Assembly: GCA_038087875.1 (NCBI GenBank)
Contig: CM075990.1
Coordinates: forward strand, 14,942,001-15,006,000
Source: Malacoraja senta
Taxonomy: Eukaryota
Direction of reading: 5' to 3'
Length of the DNA stretch: 64,000 bases
Below the pieces are notes generated by a model, which had not been told where the DNA came from, ran no database searches, and worked only from the letters and a program-made list of their open reading frames with translations. Position numbers and translations under genes: made by a program. Position 1 is the stretch's first letter. Every line of letters begins with the position of its first letter. This document shows positions 1-13,665 of this stretch, piece after piece.

Positions 1-234
1 TGTTGCAGTTTGATATAAAAGGGTAGATACCTATCCGACTTACCTTAACATTAATTGCTGTGGAATTCATCAATGTTTTGGTTTGGAAAGTGCAGAAGTA
101 ACTACTAATGGAGATCTTATTCTGTCCACCGCTGGTGTAACCTGCTGCTTCGATGTCCGTAATATGGTTAAGTTTAAGTTGGAATATTTGAACCCCTGAT
201 AGAAACGAGATGTGACCAATAATATTTATAATAT

Positions 235-353
235 TAGATTTAGCTCTTAGGGCTAAGGGAGTCAAGGGATATGGGGAAAAAGCAGGAACGGGATACTGAT
301 TTTAGACGATCAGCCAAATGGCCTACTCCTGCACCTATTTTTCTATGTTTCTA
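235..353 (+). mobile_element. CR1 LINE 3' end fragment
   Basis: aagggatatggggaaaaagcagg...aatggcctactcctgcacctat followed by a tttctatg tail; same 3' end as the copies at 45987 and 49757. Confidence 0.85.
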
Positions 354-1519
354 TATGCAGCTTTGAATCTATAAGGGGGGATGTGTTGGTGCATTTTTTT
401 CCAAAGTGCACTTTAAGAAGAACATTTAAAAAAACAATGTTTAAACTACACTGAATTTTATATATAGTTGTAAATAGTTAATGTGAGTAACTTTAGTTTG
501 CATTTACAGTATGAACATAGCTCAGGTACACACCATTGCTTTGATGCATGTTGTGAATAGTACGAGGTAGTTTTTTTTCTTTTTGACAACAGAGGTTTAC
601 AACTAAAAAAAAGATTGCTTGTCCATACGTCTTTAAGGCTGTCATACAGTCATGTTTCAAAATTACCCAAATCAGATGTACACTACATCATCATTAAGAT
701 GCATTAGCTTTGTACAAGTCTCTAGAATTAAAGCAAATTACCATGGTTGAATGTTTTTGTGCTCTATGGATGTATGATATTATTGCTCTTCAGTCACAAA
801 CCCCAGAACGATGTTCGTATCATCCAGACATAGTTAAACTAATTTACAAGAATCACAATAGTTGCAGTTTAGCTGCTTTAAAGTCTGTAAAGCTGGTTAA
901 TTACAAGATCCCATCACAGATTTGATACCCTTTTGTAGCTGTTTCTATTGGAAAGATCTGTAATGCATGGTTTCAGTCAAGATGAAATCTTCTCATTGAC
1001 ATGCAACTTTAAGTGTAACAGTTTCAACATAAAACTATTAATTTGTGTAATTTGATATATTGATCCTATTTGACTTCTGGATATTGTGAAACCAAAGAGA
1101 GTAGGGAGAGCATTTGTCCAGATGAATGAAATTTGGTTATTTTGGAAGTTGTTTAAAATTATTTTCCTCAGCTCTAAATATTGGGCTCTTGTGGGATCCA
1201 GGAGACTTAACTGATCTTCATAAACCATGCAACATGCTGAGCTCAATTTGTCACAATATATGCTACTTGATTAAACAATGTTTGTAAACTGGATATTGGA
1301 ATTGAGGCTTTCCAAAAACATCTGTTATCCAAATTATGACTGAAGGGATTTCTGCTTGAGTAAAGGAATGAGGGCCAGGAGCCCACGTTGTGTTGTAATA
1401 TGTCAAACACTGGCTCTCATGATAAATATTTCATCTTTAGAATTGCCAACAATGCAACCCAATGATGTATTTAATTTATTCTGATGGGTATACTTCCTGA
1501 TTGTTAACTTTAGAAAGAG

Positions 1520-2278
1520 ATTTCTGGCCTCTGGACTTCCTGACTGGCAGGTCTCATTCTGTTAGAATAGGTTGTTACATTTCTTCCACCCTGACCTTCA
1601 CCAGTGGAGCTCCTCAAGGTTGCACACCCGGTCCCCTGCTCTACTCCCTCTGCAACTTTCGTAGAAGTCTGACAAGACTGACCACGAGGATTCCCTTGAA
1701 TTTTTGCAGATGTGTTATAGAAAATATTCTGATGGGATGCTTCTCAGCCTGGTATGGGAACTGCTTTGTTCTTGATCTCCTGAACCTGCAGAGAGTGGTG
1801 AACTGCCAAGTCAATCACAGGCTCGTTATTTCCTTACACCCAGTTCATCTTCATAGTGCGTTGCATTAGGAAGGCCAGAAGTATCATCAAAGATGACGGC
1901 CACACTGGCCATTCCCATTCCTTTCTTCTACATTCTCGGAGAAGACACAGGAGCTTGAAAGCTTGGACAACTAGACCTAAGAATAGCTTCTTCCCCTTTG
2001 CAATTCGACTCCTGAACCAAGCACCTATAACACTCCACTTTCCTAGAGGTGCTGCTCTTAACTATCTCATTTGGTCATTCCCTTATTGCACTTGAGTATT
2101 TTTAGTTTTACTTCAGATTGCTCTGCAGCTTTGCACCAATGCAGTGTTATGCATTCATTGCTGTATCTACTGCATCTATCATTACCATGTATACAGATCA
2201 CTCCAATCTCCATGCGATCAATGAGTTTTCATTGCACCCTGCTGCATATGATTTTAAAAAACGTATCTGAATCTGATT
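1520..2278 (+). mobile_element. Rex1/Babar-type LINE, decayed RT and 3' end
   Basis: Translations [13 protein letters not shown]...[31 protein letters not shown] and KNSFFPFAIRLLN; tctgaa-type tail. Confidence 0.85.
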
Positions 2279-4329
2279 AATCAAGTACATGTATGTATAC
2301 TGCAGAGACACCAGTATAACAGCGGAGATTTCTTCAGTTGACTACATGTTAATACCAAGATTGAGGGGGCTTATGGCATTTTACATGCAGCAGCATTGAG
2401 CATACACCTTCTTCCCCACAGCTGACCCTCCCCTACACCCAAGCACATAAGCTAACCAACCACCTATCTTTGAAAGTACTTTTTTTTTCATTCAAATTAA
2501 CCTGACACATTTGCAGTATAGTTTCTATTGAGTATTTAAGTTCTCAGTTTTGGAAAACTGAAGTAGGGAAAATATTCACAAAGCCTTACAAAGGTCTAAG
2601 TGCTGCAGTCCACACAGGACATGGTTTCCTCTTGATGCACCTAAACAAATCACCGTAGTTACACTGGGAGCTGCCTTTTATCAACGGAATCACTCCACTT
2701 CCCAGAAGTGAAAGGCTACCTAACCCTATGGGTCAAACAGGCTCTCATCTTATTCTCTCTGTGGCAAAGTTTGTAACTGGAAGTTTCTGTTATTTTGACT
2801 ATTTTATGTGAAGAGAGATTTAAATATCTATGTTGAATATTGTATTTAGCACTTATCTCGCTGGTATACTTTTAATTATTTAACATACATTTTTACAGTT
2901 AGTAAAAATAATTTGTGTTCTTTCCTCCTGTCTATTCACATTGCAAGAAGTTGATACAGTTATTGGTTGTATCATTGGTCAGTAGTCTAATAATGAGAGA
3001 AAGTGTCTTTTGCAATTGCAGATAATTTGCAATGTTCAAATATCTGTACACTATTAATAGGAAGAGTTGCTGATTATGTTCTTGGGAATTATGTTTGATG
3101 GAAACAATCTGGAAGGAGTGAAAAATCATTAAACACACTCAGCGGGAGTTGTAGGATTTACCATTGTCACGCGGTGCCATTAATTCTCATTGCACTATGC
3201 AGCAGCTTGATTGCATGCTGTGAATCCTGTTTGTTACAGATCTGGTCCAAATTTGATGCTGTGGGTGTAGTGTAGGACTAAATGCTAATTAGTCTTACAA
3301 GTATTGCTTGTAAAAATCAGTCCATCAGTAAAGTGATACAGGAAATTAGCCAATTTAATCCATTGAGGAATTGTGACATGTTTGAAGTATCAGTTTACTC
3401 GTAATTCCAATCCATGGGATGTATTTATACAACCTTTGGTAATATTTAAGCTTCATCAAGTGTTTGACCACAAAGAGGCATCTAAATAACAGCAACTTTA
3501 AGCCATTTGGTGTGAGTCAAACCACTCAGCTAAGTTATTTTAAAGGGCTTATTTCAATCTAAAGGAAGTAGCCTTTCAGTGTCTGCTTGTAATATGTTAC
3601 CCTAATATCTTCCTCTGTGTCTGATGTTGTCAAGCAAGCTAGAATCAATTAATATATCACAAGTGTCAAAATATAGTCCTGAACCTTAAAAACTCAATAC
3701 ATGTGACTGAATTACTTCCCTGAAGTGATGAATATAATATGTAATGATGTTTCATTGGTCACTTAGGTTTCCCAGCCACTGTCAATCTAAGGCTATCTTG
3801 TCTCTGCTATGATTTTGCTCAATGAACCAGTGATGAATATTAATTTTATTCAGTGCTTCGGTGTAATCCATGGCTATTTTCCGTGAATCTTATCGTATTC
3901 GTTGATATTGGATTTCGTGGCCTTTTGTCATCATTCTTGCAGATTGTCCATAAACGCTAAGGCATGGAGTCCTTGACACCAGTTAAGGTTTTTCTTGAAA
4001 GATCTTAGTGTATAAAAAGTTCCTGTTTGTTAATCAGACATTGGAGCTTTTATTTGGGGCACCTCTAAAATATTAAATGTCATTTTGTTTTCCAGGCACA
4101 GGACACATATGTTTATTAATTATCTTTTTGTCTTACATAAATGTTTCATGTATCGTGTGTTGTATGACTGTGGGCAGACCAATTTCCCTACTGGGATGAA
4201 TAAAGTTCAATCGTATCTTATATCGTATAAGATAAGAAACGAACAGCGAAACTACATACATACTTTATGAAGACAAATGCCTTCGTTTCGTCAAAGAGAA
4301 AATGTCAGAAAAAGTGTTCAATGTGGGAT

Positions 4330-5150
4330 CCTTTTACCATATACCATTGAATAATGCAGTGCACTGATCTAATGGATCAATCTGATAGAGTGTTTTGAAG
4401 GAGCAAACAAAAAAGTTGATGAGGGCTAAGCTGTTGACATTATCTATTTGTACTTCAGCAAGGCATCTGAAAAGGTTCTGCATGGTAGGCTGTTCTGGAA
4501 AGTTAGACCACTTGAGACCCAGGGAGAGCTAACTGACAATTGGCTTCATGGAAGGAAGTAGAGGATGATAGTGGAAGGTTGTTTTTCGGACTGGAGGCCT
4601 GTGATTATTGGTGTGCCTCGGAGATCGGTGCTGGGCCCATTGTTATTTGTGATTTATATCAATGATTTGGATGGGAATGTTGAAGGCGCGATTAGTAAGT
4701 TCATAAATGACACTAAATTGGCTAGGTAGCAGATAGAGAAGATGGTTATCAAAAATTACAGCCGCATCATGATCAGTTGGGGAAGTTGGCTGAGGAATGG
4801 TTAATGGAGTTAAATGCAGATATTTGTGAGGTGTTGCATTTTGGGAAAGCAGGTCAGGATCTTCACAGTAAATGGCAGGGCATCTGGGGAATGTTGTAGG
4901 GCAGAAAGATCCAGGAGTGCAGATACATAGTTCTTTGAAAGTGACATCACAGGTAGATTGGGTGGTCAGGAAGGTTTTTAATACATTGGCTTTCATCAAT
5001 CAAGGTATTGAGTATAGAAGGTGGGATTTTAAGTTACAGTTGTACTATGTGCTGGTGAGGCAGCATTTGGAGTACTGTGTTCGGCTTTAGTCACCCTGCT
5101 ATAGGAAGCAAGTTGTTCAGCGGGAAAGAGTGCAGAGAAGATTTACATTG
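4330..5150 (+). mobile_element. CR1 LINE RT fragment (decayed)
   Basis: GVPRRSVLGPLLFVIYINDLD-like segment; LYYVLVRQHLEYCV motif; multiple stops and frameshifts. Confidence 0.9.
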
Positions 5151-5176
5151 TGTCTATTTTAATCAAATAGGTGTAA

Positions 5177-5661
5177 AAGGCCTGTCTCATGGGTATGCGG
5201 TTACTGGCGGTTACTGGCGGTGAAGCAGGAAGTTTGGACCACTCGTGGACCGCCAGAGACTGCGGGGTCGGTCCCACGCACCGCACGGTGCTCACAAAAA
5301 ACCAACAACGTTCAAAAATGTTGTCCTACCGCACAGCCGTCGCCAGTGCGCCGTTAGTGCCGTGAGCACCACTAGCACCGCCACAGCCGCCGCCAGTGTG
5401 GCACGAGCACCGCCACAGCCGCCGCCACAGCCCCGCGATCCCAAATGACGTCATCGCGTAGCGCGTCGCGTTGCGCGATGTCGTCATCACCCGATGCCGC
5501 GCGACGTCCTTTCGCAGTCGGCCCGGTAAGGTTTAATTTTTTACTTACCGCAAGCTCGTGGGACCGGCCGTACGGAGATCACTCGCGGTTGCCGTGCGGT
5601 CCCCTCTTTTGGCGACGCCGCGCTTCACCGCCAGTAACCGCCTGCCCGTGGGACAGAGCCT
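5177..5661. mobile_element. GC/CpG-rich MITE, PIF/Harbinger-like
   Basis: Imperfect ~40-bp TIRs (aaggcctgtctcatgggtatgcggttactggcgg versus reverse complement of the right end aggctctgtcccacgggcaggcggttactggcgg); TAA at 5174-5176 and 5662-5664; central palindrome. Confidence 0.75.
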
Positions 5662-5865
5662 TAAGAGTACGTTGTAACATGAGATGCAATGATGGGCAAG
5701 ATGAGGAACTAGTTGCTTATCAAATTTTACGTGGCATTATATAGCAGGTTGCTAACCATACCTATGATGGCAGGGATGTGCTGATGATTGTGTCGGGAAC
5801 GGTTTGTAGCTCAAAATTCCAGAAACCGACCGAGAGTGTGGTATTCCCAGCATGTTCTTGGGGAA

Positions 5866-6288
5866 CAGTAGGCCCCCTCGGTCATGACTGACCATGGGTG
5901 ATGCATCCTGGTCGGATGCAAGCCTGGGCGATGTCATATGGAGGACAGGCTGTTGCCCATGCAGCACGTCCCCCCTCTCCACGTCGCTGATCGATCCAAA
6001 GGAACAGCAGGGCCATTACAGTTTGGCACCAACGCGTTGCAGGAGCTGCCAGAGCGAGGTTGTAGACAACGACGAACTGCCTTAGGGGCTCCGACTCCGG
6101 ATTTTCTTGTGATTTACTCCTGGAGCCTTTTCCATGACTGGATATGGCCACAAGGCAGTGGAGGTTTTAAATCAGAGTTTTCCCTTTCCTAGATGAACTG
6201 CCTTCCCAGGCTGACGAGCCCCATCTGCCCGAGACTCGTGGGGGCGGGAGCGTCTACCTTCCCGTGCAGGTCTATAGCACCTGCCCAC
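5866..6288 (-). mobile_element. RTE-derived short non-autonomous element (5'UTR plus 3' tail)
   Basis: Minus strand ggggctcgtcagcctgggaaggcagttcatctaggaaagggaaaactctgat resembles RTE 5'UTRs as I recall them; gcaacagcct segment shared with the 3' part of the 19605-20722 element. Confidence 0.55.
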
Positions 6289-7362
6289 AAAGGTTCAGTG
6301 AATTGTACAAACTGTGCTAATGGAGACGGATGTGATTCGGTGATTCAGTCATGCCTTTTCTTTGATCTCATGTGGTTTTAAGTGTCAGTAGCACAATGCT
6401 ATTGACAAGTCGGTCGTGAAATGGGGCATCTAAATTCTATCATCACAATCTTCGAAAAATAGTCAAAAATAATTAAATAACTTAAAAGTACCAACAAGAT
6501 GGGTGAATTATTTTGTTTATGTGATAATTCATGGACATATGAAGTTATTTTATTTTGGGGCAAATTCATGGGAAATTTACAAAAATAATGATTTTCTCAT
6601 CTAAAATGTAGGTCTACAATATTGTGTGTAATTCTCTTGAATATTAATTTTCATCTGAAATCTTTCAGAAGTTAAGTGTACCTGACTGTACTAACTGAAA
6701 TTGTGTTGTACCACCCGGATTGTAATTCTAAATTATGACATTAAAAATGGCATCAAACATCTATAAAGATGGGAGAAGAGGGAATAACTGGGTTATTATC
6801 TGTTCTGGGCAGCTGGGAACAGCTATCCAAAACTTGGTTTTGTATCAAAGAAAAAGCTACAATTGTAGATATTCATCACAACTTAGATGCCAAGACTTCT
6901 CAGCCACATAAGTTACTGCACATAAGGAGAAATGACTTGATCAGTCACCAGAGGTCACGTCTCAATGGATAATAGTGAGCAATGGACAATAGGGCAATGG
7001 GTAGAACATTTGAAATTTCTCTGATAGGGTGAAGTAATGCAACGGCTAAGATGAGAATGATATTCCTTGTCAGACCATGTTCTCTCTCCTTCCTATTCTC
7101 AAGAAGAGTCCTGAACCTGCACATTTTAGTTATAAATAAATAGTTATGACACAACTTTGCACCCAATGGAATCTTCACCTAAGATTCTACCAACAAGATT
7201 AAGATTCTACTAAGGATTGTTAGTGCCACATCCTTGTGTTTCTTTTACAGCTGGTTGGGATGCATATGCTGGGAACTTTGCCTTTTAAAAAATATATATA
7301 TTTTGACTGAAACTATGTTATTCCAGTATATCAAACAGCGCAAAGGTACTCTGAAGCTTTGG

Positions 7363-7580
7363 GGTAGACAAAAATTCTGGAGAAACTCAGCGGGTGAGGC
7401 ATCATCTATGGAGAGAAGGAATAGGTGACATTTCGGGTCGAGACCCTTCTTCAGACTGATGTGGGGGTTGGGGGGGGGGGGGTTGGGGGGGGTTGGGGGG
7501 GGGGTTAGGGGGGGTGCACGGAAGAAGAAAGGAAGAGGCGGAGACAGTAGGCTGTGGAAGAGCTGGGAAGGGAATGGGGA
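7363..7580 (-). mobile_element. Penelope-like element (PLE) 3' end/pLTR with degenerate minimal hammerhead core and G-run
   Basis: Minus strand ctgaagaagggtctcgacccgaaatgtcacc at about 7425-7454; G-tract 7463-7515. Confidence 0.8.
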
Positions 7581-8375
7581 AGCTTTGGGGTGGTAACTTT
7601 GTGAAGTTTGGAGCTGACAGTTCCTACAAAGGGGAGAATACCTCAATCACTGACAGTTAAAACACAAAGCTGCAGATGCTGGAAGTCTGAAACAAAAACA
7701 GAAGGATTTTCAACCTGAAACAATGACACCATTTTTTTCGTTTATTGGCAGAGAATAGTTCACATTCGAGGGATTAATTAACGATCCGTTGGTTGAATGT
7801 ATCCACTTGATCTGTTTCTAGAAGCATTGTATTTTCTCGGGAAAATTATTTAGTTTTCATGATTTCTTGCTGGCCTTTGTAAGAATGACAATGGTTTCTG
7901 AGGCGATGGCAATATTTCCATGCTGCTGCCTTGTAGCCCAATGACTGTAACTTAGTACTTATATTGCAGTGTTTCCAATTTCACTTTTTTTCCCCTCCTC
8001 CAGTATGGACTTGTTGTTGGATATAATGAGAAAGCAACATCTTGCATTCTTGAGGAGTCAATGTCAACATTTTATGTACTGCATTCATAGAGTTATAGTT
8101 TCTGCATACTTTTCTGTTGGGCTTTGGAGATGTATTAAAACTCAACGCAGCAGTCTGAGATTATAAAGAATGTTATATTGACACTCCTATATTTTGAATG
8201 AATTTTGTGTTAAATTATTTCCAGAACTGTCAAATGTTTAGCATGACAGTAAGGAAAGATTCAAGCATTTTGCTGTTAGAATGGAATGGCGGTGGGGAAT
8301 ATTGGAAACACAACACAACGAACGGCAGATACTGGCATCTTGAGCAAAACACAAAGTACTGGAATAATTAAGTGG

Positions 8376-8602
8376 ATAGACACAAAAAGCTGGAGTAACT
8401 CAACGCGTCAGACGGCATCTCTGGAGAAAAAGAATAGGTGACGTTTTGGGTCGAGACCCTCTTCTGCCTTCAGTCTGCAGAAGGGTCTCGACCCGAAACA
8501 TTACCTATTCCTTTTCTCCAGAGATGCTGTCTGACCTGCTGAGTTACTCCAGCTTGTGGGTCCATCTTTGTTTTAAACCAGTCTGCAGTTCCTTCCTACA
8601 CA
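8376..8602. mobile_element. Head-to-head inverted pair of PLE pLTR units
   Basis: About 8376-8465 is the diverged reverse complement of about 8474-8565. Confidence 0.8.
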
Positions 8603-9074
8603 ATAATTCAGTGGGTCACACTATTTGTTGACTTATCACCTTGACATATGCACTTCGTAATCATAATCATGCTTTATCATAATTATATTCATACTTTATT
8701 AGCCAAGTATGTTTTGCACCATACGAGGAATTTCAGTACATTAACTCATGAGATGCAGATTTTCACCCTCACCTGTGGTCAAGTGTTTCATCAAGTAGTG
8801 GTAATAAGGGCTTACTCAGGCTTACTATGCATCTGCCAATCAAACCCCCTTTCTTCACTTGTATCCAAGCATCACTTTGCACACTTTGTTAACTTCCCAC
8901 CTCTCGTGTCCAACTTTCCCCCTCCACTGCAATCAGAGTACAGAAGGGCGCCGACACAAAATATTGCCTGTCTATTCCCTCCACAGATGCTGCCTGACCT
9001 GCTGAGTTATTCCAGCACTTTGAGTGTTTTCTTCCATAATTTAGCATCTGCAGTTCCTTCCGTCATGGTCTGTG

Positions 9075-9670
9075 CTGTTGATCTCTTCAACCGCTTCAAT
9101 ATCTGCGAGAGTCCTGATTCATTGGAGTTTGCTGGATGACAATTTCTCTCAAAATGTTTCGGTTTTCACACAACCTGCACTGTTTTCCTGGCCACAGGAC
9201 AGTCTACTTTATGGGGATAGATGCTGCCACTGTAATCACACTGTTTTAACTTCTGCTTATCCAGCTGACATTGGTGATTGTATTTTTTGATTATTTAAGG
9301 GGGAAAAAACTTGCCCTGGTGTTTGTTTCATCCTCTGAATCCATTGACGGTGATAATTTGTGTCTTTTGGCATCAGCTGCCTTATTCTCCGAAAGTGACA
9401 ATAATCTTGCCGACTCAAACAGCTTATATAGTATGATATTCCTTTCCAAAGGCTTTCTGTCGAAGTTGCTTTGATATTCATCCTTCAGTAATCTGTGTGT
9501 TTAGCTCTTGATCAAAATCCGAAAATTCACTTTTTATGGCAACTTGTCTCGGCTGCGTGCACAATTGATCAATAGTTTCGTTTGATCCTTGCTTTTTGTG
9601 ACGGGACGCTATTGTGCTGAAGAGCAAAATATACAGTGAGTGCAGTTTTTGTTCCGACGTAGTCATTTGT
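9075..9670 (-). pseudogene. Decayed Gypsy (Mag-like) gag fragment
   Basis: Minus strand KQGSNETIDQLCTQPRQVAIKSEFSDFDQELNTQITEG*ISKQLRQKAF, followed by the remnant of a double zinc knuckle CDYSGSIYPHKVDCPVARKT. Confidence 0.65.
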
Positions 9671-11185
9671 TATTGGTAGTGATGTTTACCATGGAGTGAT
9701 ATGAGTTTTTTTTTTACTGTGTTAGAAACATAGAAAAATAGGTGCAGGAGGAGGCCATTTGGCCCATCGAGGCTGCACAGCCATTCATTGTGATCATGGC
9801 TGATCATCCACAATCAATAACCCATGCCTGCCTTCTCCCCATAACCCTTGATTCCGCTACTTGTTATGTGATTTCATATTTTCTATTGTCTCTTCACACC
9901 TGGGACAATGGATGTATGGATGTGATAATATGCTTTTCTATCTTGCCTTTCAAATTCTGTTATCTTGAGCAAAATCGGATAGAAATGGCTTTTATGCATA
10001 TGTCTGTTTCCCCCCCCCCCCCTCCCATGTTTTCTGTATCTTTCTAATATTATTTGATTTCTAGTTTTCAATAATGTATTGGTGCTGTTATTTCCATGAA
10101 CAGAGGCACCAGAATTAACAGATGGAAAGAAAACCAACTCTCAAAGTCTTAACTCCTATTGTTCTTGCAGAAGAATGGTTTTCTATACAAAACATGGCAT
10201 CTAATTCCTACATGCTGGTTTCTTTTAAATTGAGTTCATTTCATTCTTTGCCAAGTAGTGTAGGAATATGTTTCATACTTTTTTAGTGACATCAAAACTT
10301 CAAGCAGTGATGTAATTTTTAAAAACTGTATTTCTTAAAATAAACAGTAGTACCAGTAAAAGTAATAACAATAATACCTATCCTAATTTTGATGTCGTAA
10401 ATGGAATCCAACATCCCATACAAATGCAATGGAAGAGATCCTAAACACTAGAAATGTTTTGTGAAATTGTCGCAGTTAATAATGAATGGCTGACGTCAAA
10501 ACTGCAAACAGATGCTGAGACCCAAGGATTCAGTTTTAACGTCCATTATGGTGCAAAACTGGAACAACATATTATGTTTCGTGTAATGTTTTGCGTTTAA
10601 TTCAGCTTGGTCATAAATTTAATATTTTCAAAACAAAATTTGTTCTTTTCACCTCAACCAGTCTTGACATCCATCTCCTGTCATTCAGAATGATTTGCGC
10701 TGCTCAGACTTCCATTAAATATTAATCTTACATAACAACAGAGGGTTTAAAAAAAAAGTCTGCTTGTCCTTGCCCATCTTAGAATATTAATTGTGCAGCA
10801 AATTAACTTTTGTCTGAATGGAAAAGTCGCTGAAGTTGCAACATTATGAGCATATACCTGCAGACATGCACGCCTCTATTACTATACATTGCCTTTTAAA
10901 TTACCTTCCCATGAAAATGTAACATTCTGAACACAGCAATGAAAGGTCAGACCAATGTGGCTGATGTGTATTGAGTTCTACCCTTGTCCATTATTACATG
11001 CAGGGTAGACTATGACAGACTACTGTATTGTGACCCTGTGTGCCCAGGTCAGAAAAAGAGAAATTGGAGTTGTAGTGAGATGTATGTAAATACATATATT
11101 ATTTATATAGGCATTACTGAGTGGTATTGTTGTATCAGCACATCTGAAGTCAGGGCCATGGCCTTGGGGCTTTCAGTAGCACACT

Positions 11186-11348
11186 NNNNNNNNNNNNNNN
11201 NNNNNNNNNNNNNNNNNNNNNNNNNNNNNNNNNNNNNNNNNNNNNNNNNNNNNNNNNNNNNNNNNNNNNNNNNNNNNNNNNNNNNNNNNNNNNNNNNNNN
11301 NNNNNNNNNNNNNNNNNNNNNNNNNNNNNNNNNNNNNNNNNNNNNNNN
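11186..11348. other. Assembly gap (163 N)
   Basis: Run of n. Confidence 1.
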
Positions 11349-12270
11349 AGGAAGCAGAGGGAAGAGAGAATACAGCTGTTCTTATTGGTAAGGCCATATA
11401 TTATAGTTGGGGAATTTGACAGCTGCTGAAGAAGATGGCTGAAGGGTATCAGGTAGGTGAATAAACCGTAAAAATTTATTGGATGATACAAACTATTTCC
11501 AGGGACTGATAGAAAATTCGTACTCGAGAGCTGGAATATTGAATGTTACATGACAGGAGATAGCTCTTGTCAGTATTTGCAGTGCAACTCTCGTGGCCTT
11601 TTACGGTGCCCTGTTCCTTTGATTAACTAGTCGGATGTTGGATCTATTGGTAGTTCATTGGTCATGTAATCTGTAAGAAATTTAGCAAGAGCAGTTACAC
11701 CTGCAGCCATGAAGGTGATTGTGCTTCCCATAATGATTACTGCAACCCACACAGACGTTGTAATATATCTTTGGTCTCTATTATTTGTTTTTGCTATTGA
11801 CGTGGAATTAGCTGGGTTCTGTTTGATTATTTGTGGCTCTATATAGAGTCTGTTTTTGTGCTATTAATTAGCTTTTCCCATTGGAGAACAGATTGCTTTA
11901 ACTCAGTCCATGCATGAAGCCCCAGCCACACAGATAATTTTCTGTGGAACAAGTTCCCATTCAAAATCAGCCAAATGGGGCAACAACTAAGATTATGTTT
12001 ATTTTTACATGAAATGTTAGAATTAATCTTTTATTTTAATAGTTTGAATATTTCCCCATTTTCATCTCCACATATTCCCCCTCTCCCTATCCTTAAATGC
12101 AGAAAGAGAGCACAAATGAGAGCCAGGGCCCAGGAATTAGAACATGCTTCCCGTTAAGCGGCTATTAACATGTGCAGTGAACAAATAATACGTTTCTTGG
12201 TGATTTTACTCTCTGAAAAGCAAAAAAAATACAGCAGATGCTGAAAATCTGATACAAAAAGCAGAAAATG

Positions 12271-12625
12271 TCAATAGACAATAGACAATAGGTGCAGGAG
12301 TTGGTCATTCGGCCCTTCGAGCTAGCACCGCCATTCAATGTGATCATGGCTGATCATCCCCAATCAGTACCCCGTTCCTGCCTTCTCCCCATATCCCCTG
12401 ACTCCACTATCTTTAAGAGCCCTATCTAGCTCTCTCTTGAAAGTATCCACAGAACCGGCCTCCACCGCCCTCTGAGGCAGAGAGTTCCACAGACTCACCA
12501 CTCTCTGTGAGAAAAAGTGTTTCCACGTCTAAATGGCTTACCCCTTATTCTTAAACTGTGGCCCCTAGTTCTGGACTCCCCCAACATCGGGAACATGTTT
12601 CCTGCCTCTAGTGTGTCCAAACCCT
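12271..12625 (-). mobile_element. CR1 LINE 3' fragment
   Basis: (caataga)n tail and reverse-complement CR1 3' ORF2/UTR. Confidence 0.9.
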
Positions 12626-13019
12626 AGACTGGGGAGGGGGAGGAGGGGAGGAGAAGTAGAAGAAGAAGAACTGAATTGATATTTTGGAGTGACTCTTTGG
12701 TTGCTTCTGATTGTAATTTTCCCGTGGTACAGTGGGAATTAATTTAATCTACAGGAAATTAGTTTCTTTGTAAATTGGAGCTTCGTCTCTATTTGAGCCA
12801 TCGTTGTTCAGTTTAATTTGGGGTCCTTATTTGAGAAAATAGGTGCAGGAGTTCGCTAATTGGCCCTTCGATTGGCCATTCAATATGATCATGGCTGATC
12901 ATCCTAAATCAGTATCTCGTTCCTGCTTTCTCCCCATATCCCTTGATTCCGTTAGCCCTAAGAGCTATGATAAGAGACATGATAAGTCAGCGAACATTGA
13001 ATTTTTACAAAATAGTTTT

Positions 13020-13299
13020 GGGCGGCATGATGGTGCAGCGGTAGAGTTGCCGCCTTACAGCGCCAGAAGCCTGGGTTCGATCTTCACTGCGGTTACTGTC
13101 TGTATGGAGTATGTACATTCTCCCCTTGACCTGCGTGGGCTTTCTCCAGGAGCTCAGGTTTCCTCCCACACTCCAAGAACGTACAGCTTTGTTGGCTAAT
13201 TGTAGATTAAAAATTGTAAGTTGTCCCTAGTGTGTAGCAGGATTGCTGGTTGGTGAAAAAGAGCCTGTTTTCGCCCAGTATCTCTAAACTAAACTAAAC
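13020..13299 (+). mobile_element. tRNA-derived V-core SINE (HE1-like)
   Basis: A/B-box-like head, gagtatgtacattctcccc...ggtttcctcccacactccaa core, CR1-like tail with (taaac)n. Confidence 0.85.
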
Positions 13300-13314
13300 A
13301 AATTTCTGATCAAC

Positions 13315-13665
13315 ATAGAGCAGTGCAGCACTGGTAAAAGGCCCTTTGGCCCACAATGCCTGTGCTGAACGTGATCCCAAGTTAAACTGATCTCCCCCAA
13401 CATGATTCATAAAACTCCATTCCCACATATCTGATGCCTATCTAAGAGCTTCTTAAATCTTATCTGCCTCCACTACCAACCCTGGCAGCGCGATCTAGGT
13501 ATCGACCACTCTGTGTAAAAAAAAAAAAAAAACAACTGCCCCATACAACTCCTTTAACCTGCCCTTTTACCTTAAAGCTTTGCCCTCTTGTCTTTGACAT
13601 TATCATAGTGGGGGGAAAGGTTCTGACTGTCTACCTTATCAACGCCTCTCGTACTTTTATATATT
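13315..13665 (-). mobile_element. CR1 LINE 3' fragment
   Basis: ggccctttggcccacaatg...ccttaaagct...ctgactgtctacc, matching the other minus-strand CR1 copies. Confidence 0.8.

Noticed and set aside
6211-6236. Hammerhead-like ctgacga...gagac, and an HDV-like fold at the 5' end of the 5866-6288 element
   Set aside because: Stem II does not pair and GAAA is absent; on the minus strand the only P1 candidate leaves no room for P2/P3.
7463-7515. G-quadruplex or telomere-like tract (contains ttaggg)
   Set aside because: It is the expanded C/G tract that lies next to the hammerhead core in other PLE copies; homopolymer length may also be a sequencing artefact.
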